From Tubulanus polymorphus (lineage: Eukaryota > Animalia > Nemertea), in NCBI RefSeq assembly GCF_964204645.1, contig NC_134033.1, positions 7,634,655-7,698,654 of the forward strand: DNA of 64,000 nt, written 5' to 3'. Below are positions 35,603 to 48,146 of this stretch, one piece after another; within the stretch, counting starts at the first letter, position 1; each line of letters starts with the position of its first letter. Made by a program: the position numbers and the translations under genes. The notes under the pieces were generated by a model. The model saw only the letters and a list, made by a program, of their open reading frames with translations, did no database searches and was not told where the DNA came from.

Positions 35603-38600
35603 ATGGGGGAGAATGAACACCAGCCAGAAAACAATAATGTTAATAAAAATCAATATTATTGTCAATATTGTAAAAAATACATCGATAAATCCCAAAAATC
35701 ACGACATGAAAAAACTGCAAATCATATAAAAAATGTAATAGATTTTGAAACTTCAGAAAAATTCCAATGAAAGAAAAGAACAATTAGAAAATATGAATGT
35801 GGTTGAAATAAAATGTGAAGTTTGTAATGAATTTATAACAAAAAGGAATTATAATAGACATCTCGAATCACAAAAACACCACCAAAATTTGAGTAATAAT
35901 GTTTTAGGAAAAGATTATTTTGACGATAAACCTCAAAAAGTAAAAAAACCAAATTCAAAAACTAAATCCATTTCAAATAAACCTTACATGGAAAATGTTA
36001 GAAATTATATTGATTCACTAGAAATAAAAGATACAATTGAAATTTTAGAAACATTACATAGTAAAGTTGGTCCTGCAGCTATTATATTTAGATTTTTTAA
36101 AGGTACAACAATAGAAGATTATAGTAAATTTAATGAAATAATAGAAAAAATACTAGATTTGATAACAGATGTTGAATATCCAAAAATTAGTATCTCTGGG
36201 AAAGTAAGTTTTATAAAGTCAGAAGAAAAAATGGATTATAATATTCAAACACTCTCTGAAGAAATAATTTCAAAAACGCAAATAAAAGAGAAGTTAGAAA
36301 AAATATTTAATGAATTTAAACGTCATATTGAAGAAAGATATTTTGAGGGTTCTGGCTTAACATTGAATGAAATTATATATTTAGATTTAAATGTTTACAA
36401 TACAAAAAGGAATAAAACATCAAAAAGTAATAAAATGTTTAAAAATGATTCAAACTTTACAACAGAAAAGGATATTAAAGCATCATCTTATATTAAATTA
36501 CCATTTACAACAAAAGCAGTAATAAATATTCAAAATGAAGATAATAAATGTTTTCTATGGTCAATTATTAGTTGCTTACATCCAATACAGGAAAATGTTT
36601 GTAGAATAACAGATTATCGGAAATACGAAACATTATATAAAATTGATCAATATCCAGTTACGTTAAAAATGATTCCTAAAATAGAAAAAGTTAATAATTT
36701 AAAAATAAATGTATTTGAATTATTGCAATTACCAAAGACAAAAGGTGAAAATATTAAAAATTATACATTGGAAGCTTTATATTTAACAGAATATTATGAT
36801 GATGAAAATGCTATAGATTTGTTATATTACAAAAAAGATGAAAATGAACATTATATGTGGTTAAAACAAATTGATTTATTCTTTAGAACAGAAAGTGATC
36901 ACCATCATAAAATTTATCTATGTAGAAAATGTTTATCTAAATTTATGACTGAGAATACATTATTAAAACATAAAGAATTACGTGATAATAAAGATTTTTG
37001 TAAATTAATAATGCCAACAGAAAAAGATTATAAATTAAAATTTACTAATCATAAATTTAAAAATATTGTTCCATTTGTAATTTATGGGGATTTTGAATCG
37101 TTGAATAAAGAATTAACTGATCAAGATAGAAAAGAAATATATAACAAAAAGCAATTATTAAAATCAATGGATAAAGGAAATGAATTAAATGAAGACGCAA
37201 CACAAGACCCACCAATCATAAATACAATTTAAAAAGTTCATCAAAGAGCTGCTGCTTATGGAATTTACATCAAATCAAATTATCCCGAATTATATGAAAG
37301 TCAATATATTTCTTTTAGAGGTGAAAATGTAGTTAATGATTTTTGTGACAAAATGATTGAATTAGAAAGTGATTTTGCAAAATTATTAAACAAAAATAAA
37401 AGAATAGTTATGACAAAACGAGATGAAATTGATTTTAATTATGCAACTCATTGTTGTTATTGTGAAAAACGTTTTTATTCATTTGATAAAAAAGTTAGAG
37501 ATCATGATCATTTAAATTCAAAATATCGTGGAGCTGCTCATGAAGATTGCAATTTACAAGCTAAGAAAGTTAATTTCGTACCAATATTATTTCATAATTT
37601 ATCAGGCTATGATACCCATCTATTTATAAAACAATTATCAGGACAATTGGGCGCAATTAATCAAGAAACAGAAGAATATAATGCTATGAATGGTGTAAAT
37701 GTAAGAAAATATGATTTTAAACTATTAGCTAAAACATCTGAAAATTATATTTCATTTCAATTTGGTTGCATTAGATTTTTAGATTCTTATAGATTTCTAG
37801 CAAGTTCATTAGATAATTTATCAAAAAGTTTAGTTGATAATGATTTTATAATAACTCGATATTATTATCCAAATGAACAAGATTTTAAATTATTGAGATA
37901 TAAAGGTGCAATTCCTTATTCATTTTATAAAACACACAATGATTTTAATGTAACAGAATTATTAAAAGATCAATTTTATGATCAATTAAAAGAGGAGTAT
38001 GTGAAAGACGAAGTGTTTAATAGAACATTAAATATTTGGAACCATTTTAAGATGAAAAATCATGGCGAATTAGTTGATTTTTATTTAAAATCAGATGTTA
38101 TGATATTGGCTGCCATATTTGAAAAATTTAGAGAAGTTAATTTGAATCATTTTAATGTTGATCCTTGTTATTGCTACTCTAGCTAGTCCTGGTTTAACCT
38201 GGCAATGTGGTTTAAAATATGCAAATGTAGAATTAGATTTATTAAAAGAACCAGACATGGTTTTATTATTTGAAAAATCAATTAGAGGTGGAATTAGTGG
38301 TGTTATGGGAGATAGATATTTTAAAGCAAATGATGAATATAAATTATTATATATTGACGCCAATAATTTATATGGTTGGGCAATGATGCAACCTCAACCA
38401 TATAAAAATTTTATATTAACAGAAGTTGAAAGTGATGATAAAACTAATTGGGAAAGCGCAATTATGAGTTTAGAAGATGAAGCACCAATTGGTTATTTCT
38501 TTGTAGTTGATTTAGAATATCCTGAAAATATAAAGTTTAAAACAAGAAACTTACCTTATTGCCCAAAACATTTAACTGTAGATGATAGTTATTTAAGTGA

Positions 38601-40415
38601 ATACCAGAAGAAAATAAAACCGAAAGATCATGTTTTTACAGAAAAATTTATACTTACTCAAAATAATAAATACAATTATATTGTTCATTATAGAATGTTA
38701 AAATTTTATCTAAAACAAGGAATGAAATTAAAGAAAGTACATAGATATATTGAATTTAATCAATCGAAGTGGTTAGAAAAATATATAGATTTCAATACTC
38801 AACAGAGAACAATATCAAAAACAGATTTTGAAAAAGATTTCTTCAAATTAATGAGTAATAGTTTTTATGGTAAAACATGTGAAAATATTAGAAATAGAAA
38901 TGATATTGAATTAGTAAATAATTCTGAAAGATTAAGACATTTACAATCAAGTCCTGGACATTTAGGAAATAAAAGATTTAAAGATTATTTAACAACAGTT
39001 AAATTAAAAAGAACGTCAATGAAATTTAATAAACCCATATTCATTGGTTCAACTGTTTTAGAAGTATCAAAATTATTAATGTATGATTTTTATTATAATG
39101 TTTTACAACCACTTTTTGGGGAAAAGCATATTGAAATATTATATTTTGATTCTGTTACAGCTGACACCCCAATATTATTAAAATGTAATGATAAAATATT
39201 GATAAGAAGAATTTCAGAAATAATTCCAAAACAAAATGAATGAATCATATGTCATTTGATGAAATAATTAATAATATTTATAACATAGAACCCGAAACAT
39301 TAGAAGAAAAAGAATATTTTATCAAAGGATTTTTCATGGGTGATGGATCAGCAGGTGTGTATAATTATGTTTGGGGTAATAAATATTGTTGGTATTTATG
39401 CAATCAAGACTTAAAATTATTAGAAAGAATTAAGAAATTCTGTGAAGAAGTTTATTCACATAAAACATTTAGAATCATGGATCATACGAAATCATCAGCA
39501 GTTTATAGAATAATTGTAAATAATCCTAAAGATTTTGCTATAAAATATAATGATGAATTCTATATTCATGCAATAGTGAAAAGTAAAACTTCAACTAAAG
39601 AAAAGATAGTTCCAGATTATGTATTAAATGCAAAAAAATATTTAAGGAAATGGTTCTTCATTGGATTCTACGCAGCAGATGGTTCAAAAAGTTTCAAAAA
39701 CCGCAAAACGATATCTTTAGCTCAAAAAGGAAAAGTTGCTATATCAGGATTGAATATATTATGCAATTCATTAGGTTTTAATATGAATATTGGATTGATT
39801 AAATCTAAACCAAATTGCTTTAATTTAAGCCATGTAGAAAATGAGTTAACAGAAGAAGTTAAAGATTTATTTGAAATATATAACCCAACTGACTGTGTTT
39901 ATGATTTATCAACTGAAGATGGTACATTTAACTGTGGATTTCCATCAATAGCGGTCAATACCGACAGTTACATACTAAAAATCAAGACAAATGACATAAC
40001 AAAAGACTTAAAAACATTAAAACATCATTTTGATTTTAGCAATTATCCCAAAGATCATGAACAATTTAGCAATGATAATAAAAAGATTCCTGGTAAATTT
40101 AAAGATGAATTAGGGGGCGATGAAATGATTGAATTTGTTGGGATAAGAAGTAAAATGTATAGTTATAGAACAAAAGATCATGAAGCTAAAAAGTTAAAAG
40201 GAATAACAAAACATGTGGTTGATAAACATATAGAATTTCAAGATTATATAAAGTGTTTATATAACTCAATTGTAATGAAACACAAAATGAATTGTTTAAG
40301 ATCAGAAGATCACGAGATGTACATTAATGAAGTTGAAAAAACTAGTTTAAATCCATTTGATGATAAAAGGCATATTTCAGATGATGGTATAAAAACATTA
40401 CCTTATGGTTATTAA
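35603..40415 (+). pseudogene. polB: pPolB of Polinton B with two N-terminal C2H2 fingers and an intein, disrupted
   Basis: ATG 35603 (MGENEHQ...YCQYCKK...RHEKTANH) frameshifts into ORF 35745, followed by 37353, 38155 and 39240. Same motifs as A. Confidence 0.95.
39151..39959 (+). mobile_element. Intein with LAGLIDADG homing endonuclease in pPolB motif C (pol-c site), degenerate
   Basis: YFD|SVTADTPILLK (block A) ... FIKGFFMGDGS ... FFIGFYAADGS (two LAGLIDADG helices) ... VYDLSTEDGTFNCG (block F) ... IAVN|TDSY. It is absent from A (YFD|TDS at 21143/21144). Confidence 0.92.
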
Positions 40416-41275
40416 AACATAAAATCAATATCATCATACTCGAAATCACTATTGGCTTCTTCATTTTCATTTAATTGTTCTTGTATAATTTGTTTAGGTT
40501 CTTCTTCCATTTCATTTTTCTTATTTAAATAAAGTTCTATCTTGTTCCACATTTCATCTCGCTCTCTTTGTTTCTTTTTTTTTGTTAATTCGTCAAATGG
40601 AATTATAATATCTATGTTTAAATAATTTACAATCTTATTCAAAAAGAATTCATAATTTATTGAATCTGTTATTCTATTTTCCAAATGATACATTAATATT
40701 TGTTTGAATATTTTTTTTATATTTTTCATATCTTCTTCTGTTAATTTAGATTTTTCATAATAATCGTTAAATAATAAATGTAAATACATTTTCTTTTGTT
40801 TTGTGTTAAATGTTGATGGAATAATTGTTTTTATAATATCTTTTTTAGTTATTTCACCATTTTTTTTTCCATTATTTTCATTTTTTCAAGCCATTGCATA
40901 TATTCTGGTGTATGATCTTCTATAGAAAATATTTTTAAAATTTCATCTAGATAATTTAATTTTGGATCTATGAGAAAATTTCTAGTTTTTTCTTCACCCA
41001 ATAAATTCTTTTGCCATCCACATTCATTACAAAATAACACAGTACCTTCTTGTTTTTTAAGGCATAACTACATTGTGGATATTTTCGTTTATAATTTATT
41101 GGTAATAGATCTTCATTAAGTTCCTGGTATTTTCTTACGTTTTCTTTATGTTTTATTGTTCTATTATGTAGATTTGAATTACTTGTTGTAATAATCAATT
41201 TACAATTTGTTAATTCATTATATTGTTTTTCTAACTTTTCAACCGTTTCTTTATTATCTGGTAACGTTTTCTCAT
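40412..41275 (-). pseudogene. One or two fragmented hypothetical genes specific to Polinton B
   Basis: Overlapping short ORFs 40412, 40849 and 40968 with coding-like composition (CxxC pieces, acidic tail). Confidence 0.45.
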
Positions 41276-41278
41276 ATT

Positions 41279-41719
41279 TTATTTTTCTAATAAACTATTT
41301 TTTCTTTCATTGAATTCTGTTTCAAATTTATTAGAAATTTTATCTATATGTGCTTTACGAAATTGATGATTCTCCCAATCTTCTATATTTTCAGGTCTAT
41401 ATTTTACTTGACAAGGCTCACAGAAATGATCTTTCATATTATCCTCATCATAGAATAAGAAAGGTCTTTTCCAAATACCTTCAGGTTCAACTTCAACAGA
41501 ATTACTATTACTTTCATTACTATCAACATTAGCCGTTGCGCCATTAATTTTACACTTCTCTGAATGTTTTTTAACGTAATTTCTTGAGAATAATTTATTA
41601 CATTTTGGGCAGTTTAGTTTAGGGGGTTTATATTTTTCATCACGTTTTTTCATATGTCGAGCCATATTACTTTTTCTTAGAAGTTCACCACAAATTTCGC
41701 ATGCTATCATCTCATCCAT
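41279..41719 (-). CDS. Multi-C2H2 zinc-finger protein
   Basis: CEICGELLRKSNMARHMKK, CPKCNKLFSRNYVKKHSEKC, CEPC...HQFRKAH; TAAATG start. Confidence 0.75.
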   Translation of the reverse strand: MDEMIACEICGELLRKSNMARHMKKRDEKYKPPKLNCPKCNKLFSRNYVKKHSEKCKINGATANVDSNESNSNSVEVEPEGIWKRPFLFYDEDNMKDHFCEPCQVKYRPENIEDWENHQFRKAHIDKISNKFETEFNERKNSLLEK

Positions 41720-41787
41720 TTATTAAGGAAAAATTTTATTAAAATTAATTTTTAGTGATGAGCGGAAATTTTTTTATGATATAAATA

Positions 41788-42556
41788 ATGGTAGAATTAA
41801 AAGAATACAGAATATTTGTTGATTCTAGAAAACTTACAAATTATAAATCACATAATTTACTAGTACAATTAGATAGAGAATTTATGAATTGTGTTGATTT
41901 AAAATTAGTTAATATAAGTTTATGTAATTCTTTTTATAATGTATCAGATAAAACTGATGAACATAGAACCTTTTTTATTCATGATACAATTAAACTTGAA
42001 TGGATTAATCTTATGCTTACACCAGGATTATATAATTTAGATACATTAGCGCAAGAAATTAATAGAAAAGCTCGAGCTAAATTAGGAAGTGATTCTAAAT
42101 TTAATATTAAATTCATAAAAAGTGAGAGCTCTAATAAAATTAAAATAAAGTTTAATAATGAAAAACCTTGTTTTACCTGCTTACTATGTAAAAAAACCTT
42201 TTGCTAAACTGTTAGGAATTCCTCCAGATAAAAGTATTGTTGAAAACATATACGGTATATCAAATTTAATACCTTTTACGCATTTTTATATTTATTGCAA
42301 TTTGATTGACCCAACAAAAACATTTGAAGCAACTAAAGATACAATTTGTAATTCTAGTATATTAAATATTTTACCATTAAAAAATGTTAAACAATTTGGA
42401 ACGCAAATAAATTATAATTTAGCTGAATGTGATTTTAAACCTTGTATTCCACATTTCAATAATTTTAAATTAGAAATAAGAAATCATAATGGATATTTAA
42501 TTGATTTGAATAACTTTCCTGTGATATATGAATTAGTTATAAGATGTAGAGAGTAA
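41788..42556 (+). pseudogene. Minor capsid protein (penton), Polinton B, one frameshift
   Basis: ORFs 41788 and 42158; PFTHFYIYCNLID...LEIRNHNGYLIDLNNFPVIYELVI. Confidence 0.78.
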
Positions 42557-42572
42557 TTTTTTCATTAAATAA

Positions 42573-42920
42573 ATGAATATAACTGTTGGGCCGAGTATGT
42601 GTTTTGGATTTGATTTTAAACGTGAGAAAGAAATGAAATTTAACATTAATGATGTTATTACACAAATCAAAAATATTGCATTTTCTAATGAAACAACATT
42701 TAAGTATGAAAAAACAATAGATAAAGAAACTTTTAATGTAAAAAAGATTACTAATTTTATTAGAGAATCTTTAAGATTTTATGAATTAGATGAAGATTCT
42801 ATCATCGATGATATTAAAAAAATAATAATTGAAATATATACAAATGAAACTAGTAATGAAATAAATGTTGAAATAATCATCACTAAATATTTTGAAGATA
42901 GTAATTTTTTTGATAAATAA
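42573..42920 (+). CDS. Hypothetical protein (paralog of 22844)
   Basis: Near-identical to the copy in A. Confidence 0.75.
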   Translation: MNITVGPSMCFGFDFKREKEMKFNINDVITQIKNIAFSNETTFKYEKTIDKETFNVKKITNFIRESLRFYELDEDSIIDDIKKIIIEIYTNETSNEINVEIIITKYFEDSNFFDK

Positions 42921-43142
42921 ATGAGTGATAATAAGTGGATAATAACTGGATTATATAATGGAGCATTACTATCAGTTGGAACTGTTGGTTATTCAATGGT
43001 ATTAAAAAAAGTATTTAAAATTGGAAGTGTTAATGTTGATAGATTTGATATCAATGATATTTTAAAATTAACATTAGCAGTTACTTTATCTAATTTAACT
43101 ATTGATTATTTGGAAAAACAAAAATATATTCCTCCCATATAA
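42921..43142 (+). CDS. Small hydrophobic protein (paralog of 23200)
   Basis: 72 of 73 residues identical to the copy in A. Confidence 0.8.
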   Translation: MSDNKWIITGLYNGALLSVGTVGYSMVLKKVFKIGSVNVDRFDINDILKLTLAVTLSNLTIDYLEKQKYIPPI

Positions 43143-43166
43143 ATACATTATTATTTTACTAAATAA

Positions 43167-43589
43167 ATGGCTTCTGCAGTTATAACTATTATAGGATCGG
43201 CAATTGTTAACGCTTTAGCATTTACTGGTGGCGGTTATTTATTTAAGCATATTGATAAAAATGGATCATTAACAGAACAAAAAAGACATAACTTAGCATT
43301 AGAGAAATATAATAAAACTGCGGAAGAATATAGAGAAAAACGACAAAACTATATGGATAACATCAATAAAGAATTATATGATCAGAAGATTTCACACAGA
43401 GATTTTCAATCAGTTGATGATGCAATGTGTTTATATAACGCGGTAACCAATAAAGAAAAATTACATCTATACAAACCTAAATTATCAGATTATTATACCC
43501 CGAGTAATGAACAGAAGAAATATGAAATAATTTGGATTTTAGGTGGAACAGTTATTGTTATATTTGTAGCATATAAATTTACTAATTAG
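43167..43589 (+). CDS. Putative membrane protein (paralog of 23447)
   Basis: Near-identical to the copy in A. Confidence 0.8.
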   Translation: MASAVITIIGSAIVNALAFTGGGYLFKHIDKNGSLTEQKRHNLALEKYNKTAEEYREKRQNYMDNINKELYDQKISHRDFQSVDDAMCLYNAVTNKEKLHLYKPKLSDYYTPSNEQKKYEIIWILGGTVIVIFVAYKFTN

Positions 43590-43608
43590 TAATTTTTTTT
43601 CTAAATAA

Positions 43609-44068
43609 ATGGAAGATAAAGTTGATAGTATTGATATTATTCCTCATGATATAAATAATAGAAAAACAAATATTAGAATTTGAAAGTGACTTAAAGATAA
43701 AAAAGAAAAAATATTTAAAAAGTAAAATTATACATTATTTGATTATAAGTGGTTCGGTTACAATTAGTTCTGTAATAACATTTCTAGCAATATTCAGTCC
43801 ATTAACACCTTTAGCTATATCAATTGGTGTATTAGGATTAAGTTCAAGTGTTTTAACTGGTATAAGTTCAAAATTGAATATAAAAAGTAATAAAGAAAAA
43901 ATTAAAACTAATATAAAAGAAATTAATAAATTAAAGAATACACTAGATTATATAATAAGTTTAAATGGTCATATAACAGTTGAAGAACAAGATAAATTAT
44001 TAAAAGAATTAGTTAATTATTATTTTTTTTATTATATAAATGGGGTTTCCAAAAGCTTTCCAATATAA
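43609..44068 (+). pseudogene. Two-TM membrane protein (paralog of 23889), frameshifted
   Basis: TAAATG start at 43609; hydrophobic core in ORF 43739. Confidence 0.65.
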
Positions 44069-45349
44069 TAAATCACATGAATATTATAAATATAATACTC
44101 CAGCAATAGATTTTAGTAACATGATAATATATAAAAATTTAGTTTTACCTTCATTGATTAATTTAGAAATTTATGTTACTGAAACAAACTATTTTATTTC
44201 TAAAATTGAAAATATATTTAATACACATGAAGTTACTTTTACTCGAGATGAATATAATATATATAAAGTAAAATCTAATATAAAATATTGGCAGAATCAA
44301 TTAAATTTTGCTGTTCATTGTGCAACAGCTGGTTGTGGTGTAAGTTGGCATGATCACTTGAATAACTTAGATAAAAATTTGAAATATTCTGATTTAAAAT
44401 TCATTCATAAAATATTTAGATTTCATGTATACTTTCAAATTAGAATTATATTAAATGAATTAGAATGCCCTTTACCTGGATCAAAATATTTTAAAGAATT
44501 GGATAATAATATTAATCTATCTAAGTTTTATAAAATATGTAATGAATTTAATATAAATATTAATTTCGATTTTAAAGCGCATGGTAAATTGCAAGGTGTT
44601 GGTGAAGAGTTTGAAATAAAAAGAATTGATTATATGCATAGAATTTCAGCTCATCATAATTATAAAATTGATAATAATAATGGTTGGGTTTATTTTATTG
44701 AATCTTATATTGAAGGATTTACAAAACCTGGTATACAAAAAATAAATCAATCTATTAGAACTTATTTGATATGTATTTTAGGTGCACAAGTTGAAACAAG
44801 ATCACCAATAGTTGGAAATAATAGTACTTCATTTGATGCGCAGAAACAATTCAAAGTATTATTTGAAGATTCCATTCATAATGATAAAAATAGATCGATT
44901 CCAGAAAACATTGTAAGATATCAAAATTATTTAGATAAATCACATATTAGATTAAATTATTGTATAGGACCTAATCTATTAATTATTTCTAATGATTTAG
45001 TATTAAAGATGGGAAATATAATTGGTTATAATAATCTAATTAAAACTGCAACAATAAACAATTCAATCGGATTAAATGATATAAATAAAAAGATTATTAC
45101 TGCTCCAAAATTAATGGAAGGTGAAAAAAATAAAAAACACATTCAATCAACAGAAACTAAAACTAATAATATTAAATTAAATAATGATTCCAAAATAAAA
45201 GATACAATACTACAGAAAATATTAAAACTGATAATATTCAACATGATATAATTAAAACTGATAATGATAATAAATTACATGAAAATACTAAATTAGCTTT
45301 AACTTGTATAGGAATTGTTATAGGAGGAATATTATATTTTAAATTTTAA
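44040..45349 (+). pseudogene. YWQNQLNFAV-family protein with C-terminal TM (paralog of 24340), frameshift near the 3' end
   Basis: 403-aa ORF plus an out-of-frame tail ...KLALTCIGIVIGGILYFKF*. Confidence 0.8.
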
Positions 45350-45365
45350 TTTTTTTATTATATAA

Positions 45366-46818
45366 ATGGATGTAGAAGGTGGAGAAGATATTGGAATGGA
45401 TCCTTTTGATGAACCTGGCATAACTGATGAACAACAACCTGATTTTAGTGAAACAAGTTTTAATGACGGTAATGAGCCAGGATATAATAATAATTTAAAT
45501 ATGCCTGATTATATTAAAAATGCAGAATCACAATTAAATCCTGAAAATTTAGACCCAGGTTTAGTAAAAGAAAATTTAGATAATTTAAACAAAATACCTA
45601 AATTAGAAGATTTAATTGAAAAATCTAAACTTAACATAAACGATGAAGACGTTGGACCTTTAGTAGATAAATTAAGATTTTTAGATAATGGTAAATGTTA
45701 TTATAATTTGAACGGTGATTATTATATTGATATCACTTATTAAAAAAAAATAATAACAAAATTAACTTTGAGAAAATTAGATCCAGATAGAATTAAAAGA
45801 ATTAGTAATAGGAATGTAATAACTGATGTTATAAAACAAGAATTAACTGATAATGATATAGACGTATTTAAACAAAGAATTAATGAATTATTTGAAATAA
45901 TCAAAAAGAAATCAGAAACAGAAACAACTTCTGAACAGAATATAACTTCCAAAACTAGTAAACTTAAATCAAATAAAGTTCTAATTGAAAAACTTTTACC
46001 GAATGGATTACTTGATGCAACAGATCAACAATTAGAAGATTTAAATATATTTTCTGATGAAGCAATTAGAGAAATTATTAGTATAAGAAATGAAGCTGAT
46101 AAAATTGCACATAATAAAAGTATAAGAGATCAAAAAATTATGTATTTGGAAAAAGAATTAACTAATGCAAATAAAGAAATAGAACAAATAAAGTCTGATT
46201 TAGATCATCAAGTAATTGATGAAATAGAATATAGGCAAAAAGAATTACGTTTAGAAAAAGAAATTAATAATTTAAAAGATAATTTAGAAGTATAGAAAGA
46301 AGAAATTAAATTATTATTAAAATCATATGATTATAATATTAATAGATTAAAAGTTATTTTTAAGATTTGTTGATTAAACCAAATTCTGAAATATGATTTT
46401 AAAAGATAGAATAAAGTTATTATTTAAATTAGAAGGAATAACAATTCTTTCAATTCTAACAGCTGTAACTATGTTATTTACAACAATTGGTTTAGCAATA
46501 TCAAATTCTTTGAAATCTACTCCTACTCCAAATAAACCGGATAAACCACCAGGTAATAATTCTATACAAGATAAAGTTAAAGATGGTTTAAAGAAATTAG
46601 CAAAATATTTATGGGAACTATCTAAAAAATCTGCTGCAGCATTACCAGGAATTATTGCATCAATTGTTGGTTTTATATTGAAATCTGCAGGAAACATTAT
46701 TAACTTTGCTGCTGAACATATTATTTTATTTTTAATTACAGTTGTAAGTGCTATTATTTTTGGGTTAGTGAATATGATATCGAAAAGATATCAAGAAAAA
46801 ATAATAAAAAATAAATAA
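45366..46818 (+). pseudogene. Coiled-coil / multi-TM protein (paralog of 25655), disrupted
   Basis: ORFs 45366, 45768 and 46393. Confidence 0.8.
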
Positions 46819-46838
46819 TTAATTTTTTTGTTAAATAA

Positions 46839-48116
46839 ATGAGTGGGAGTTATATAAGTCCTTATAAGATTTCTAGAATATCTAATGCTATTAAAGCAGA
46901 AAGATCACATCATATAATTGCACATAATCCTTCAAATATTAATCCCGATGAAACTTTATATGTTAGAATTCCTAGATTAACACAAAATACTTTTTATGTT
47001 CCAAATAGTATTTATTTATCAGCTGATATAAAAGTAACTGGTCATGATAATAATTATGTTGTCGATAATGTTGGAAGATATTTGATTAAAAAATTAACTA
47101 TAAAGATTGGTCCAGAAACAGTTTTCTCATTAGATGATTATAATTTATTTATGCATTATAAAGATTTATGGTTAACTAAAGAAAATAGAAGTAATATGAT
47201 ATTTCAAGGCATCCAATCAGAAAACCATAATAAATTAAGATCAGGAGCTAATGACGCAATAGTAACTCGTGCCACAGATAATTTGATAAAAAAGATTTAT
47301 GGAAGCAAATATAAAATTCCATTAGATTTTGAATTGATAAATAATAATGCACCTTTATATAAATATGTAATTAAAGAAGATATTATATTTGAGATAACAT
47401 TTGCTCCTGTAAATGAAATTGTATTATCTAGCGTTGTTAAAGATATGGGTTATAAATTATCGAATATATGTTTAGAATATAACACAGTAACTAATGAAAA
47501 TATTGCTAGCACAATTCAAACTCAATACAATTTCAATTCTCGATTTTCATTATTATATGATTATATTGATAAATTGATAACTATTATTATTTTTTATTGA
47601 TAAACTGTAACTATTAATGCAAATGATGAAATAATTAATGAGAATATTAACTTCCCAAGAAGATCTATTAAAGGTATATTCATATTTTTTACCATTGCAA
47701 CATATTCTAATGGCACAATAAAGGTTGATAATTATTATAATCCTGAAATAACAAAAGTAGAAATAACTATTGAAGGAATAGCAAATAAAATATTTTGTCA
47801 AGGAATGAGAATGATTGATCAATGGCCAGAAATTAGAAACCATTTTATGAATGAAAAAGTAAAATCATTTGAAAATTGTAATATTAATCAAATTGATTAT
47901 TATACCGGCAATAAATATGCATTATGGTTAGATTTTAGAACAACAGAGGATAATTCATTACATGGTTCTGGAAAAAAACTACAGAACACTAAAGATGGAA
48001 TACAATTATTCATGAAAAAGAAAAGAGGAGACAAAAATTTTAAAATGCACATTTATATCATATCTGACGCACAATTAAATATTGTAAATTCACAATTAGA
48101 TAGTATTCAATATTAG
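46839..48116 (+). pseudogene. Major capsid protein, Polinton B, disrupted at ~47580-47610
   Basis: ORFs 46839 and 47805 are highly similar to A's MCP. Confidence 0.75.
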
Positions 48117-48146
48117 AAATATAAAGTTAAAATTAACGATATATAA

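Noticed and set aside
26341-47843. Antisense ORFs over Polinton genes (e.g. 26341, 26671, 28891, 30914, 38091, 46374, 47553)
   Set aside because: They are shadows of the real genes on the opposite strand, with no motifs and no TAAATG starts.
17894-48116. Programmed frameshifting, alternative genetic code or editing to explain the broken Polinton ORFs
   Set aside because: Disruptions fall at different positions in paralogs A, B and C and involve all three stop codons, which fits neutral decay. Some homopolymer indels may be sequencing errors.
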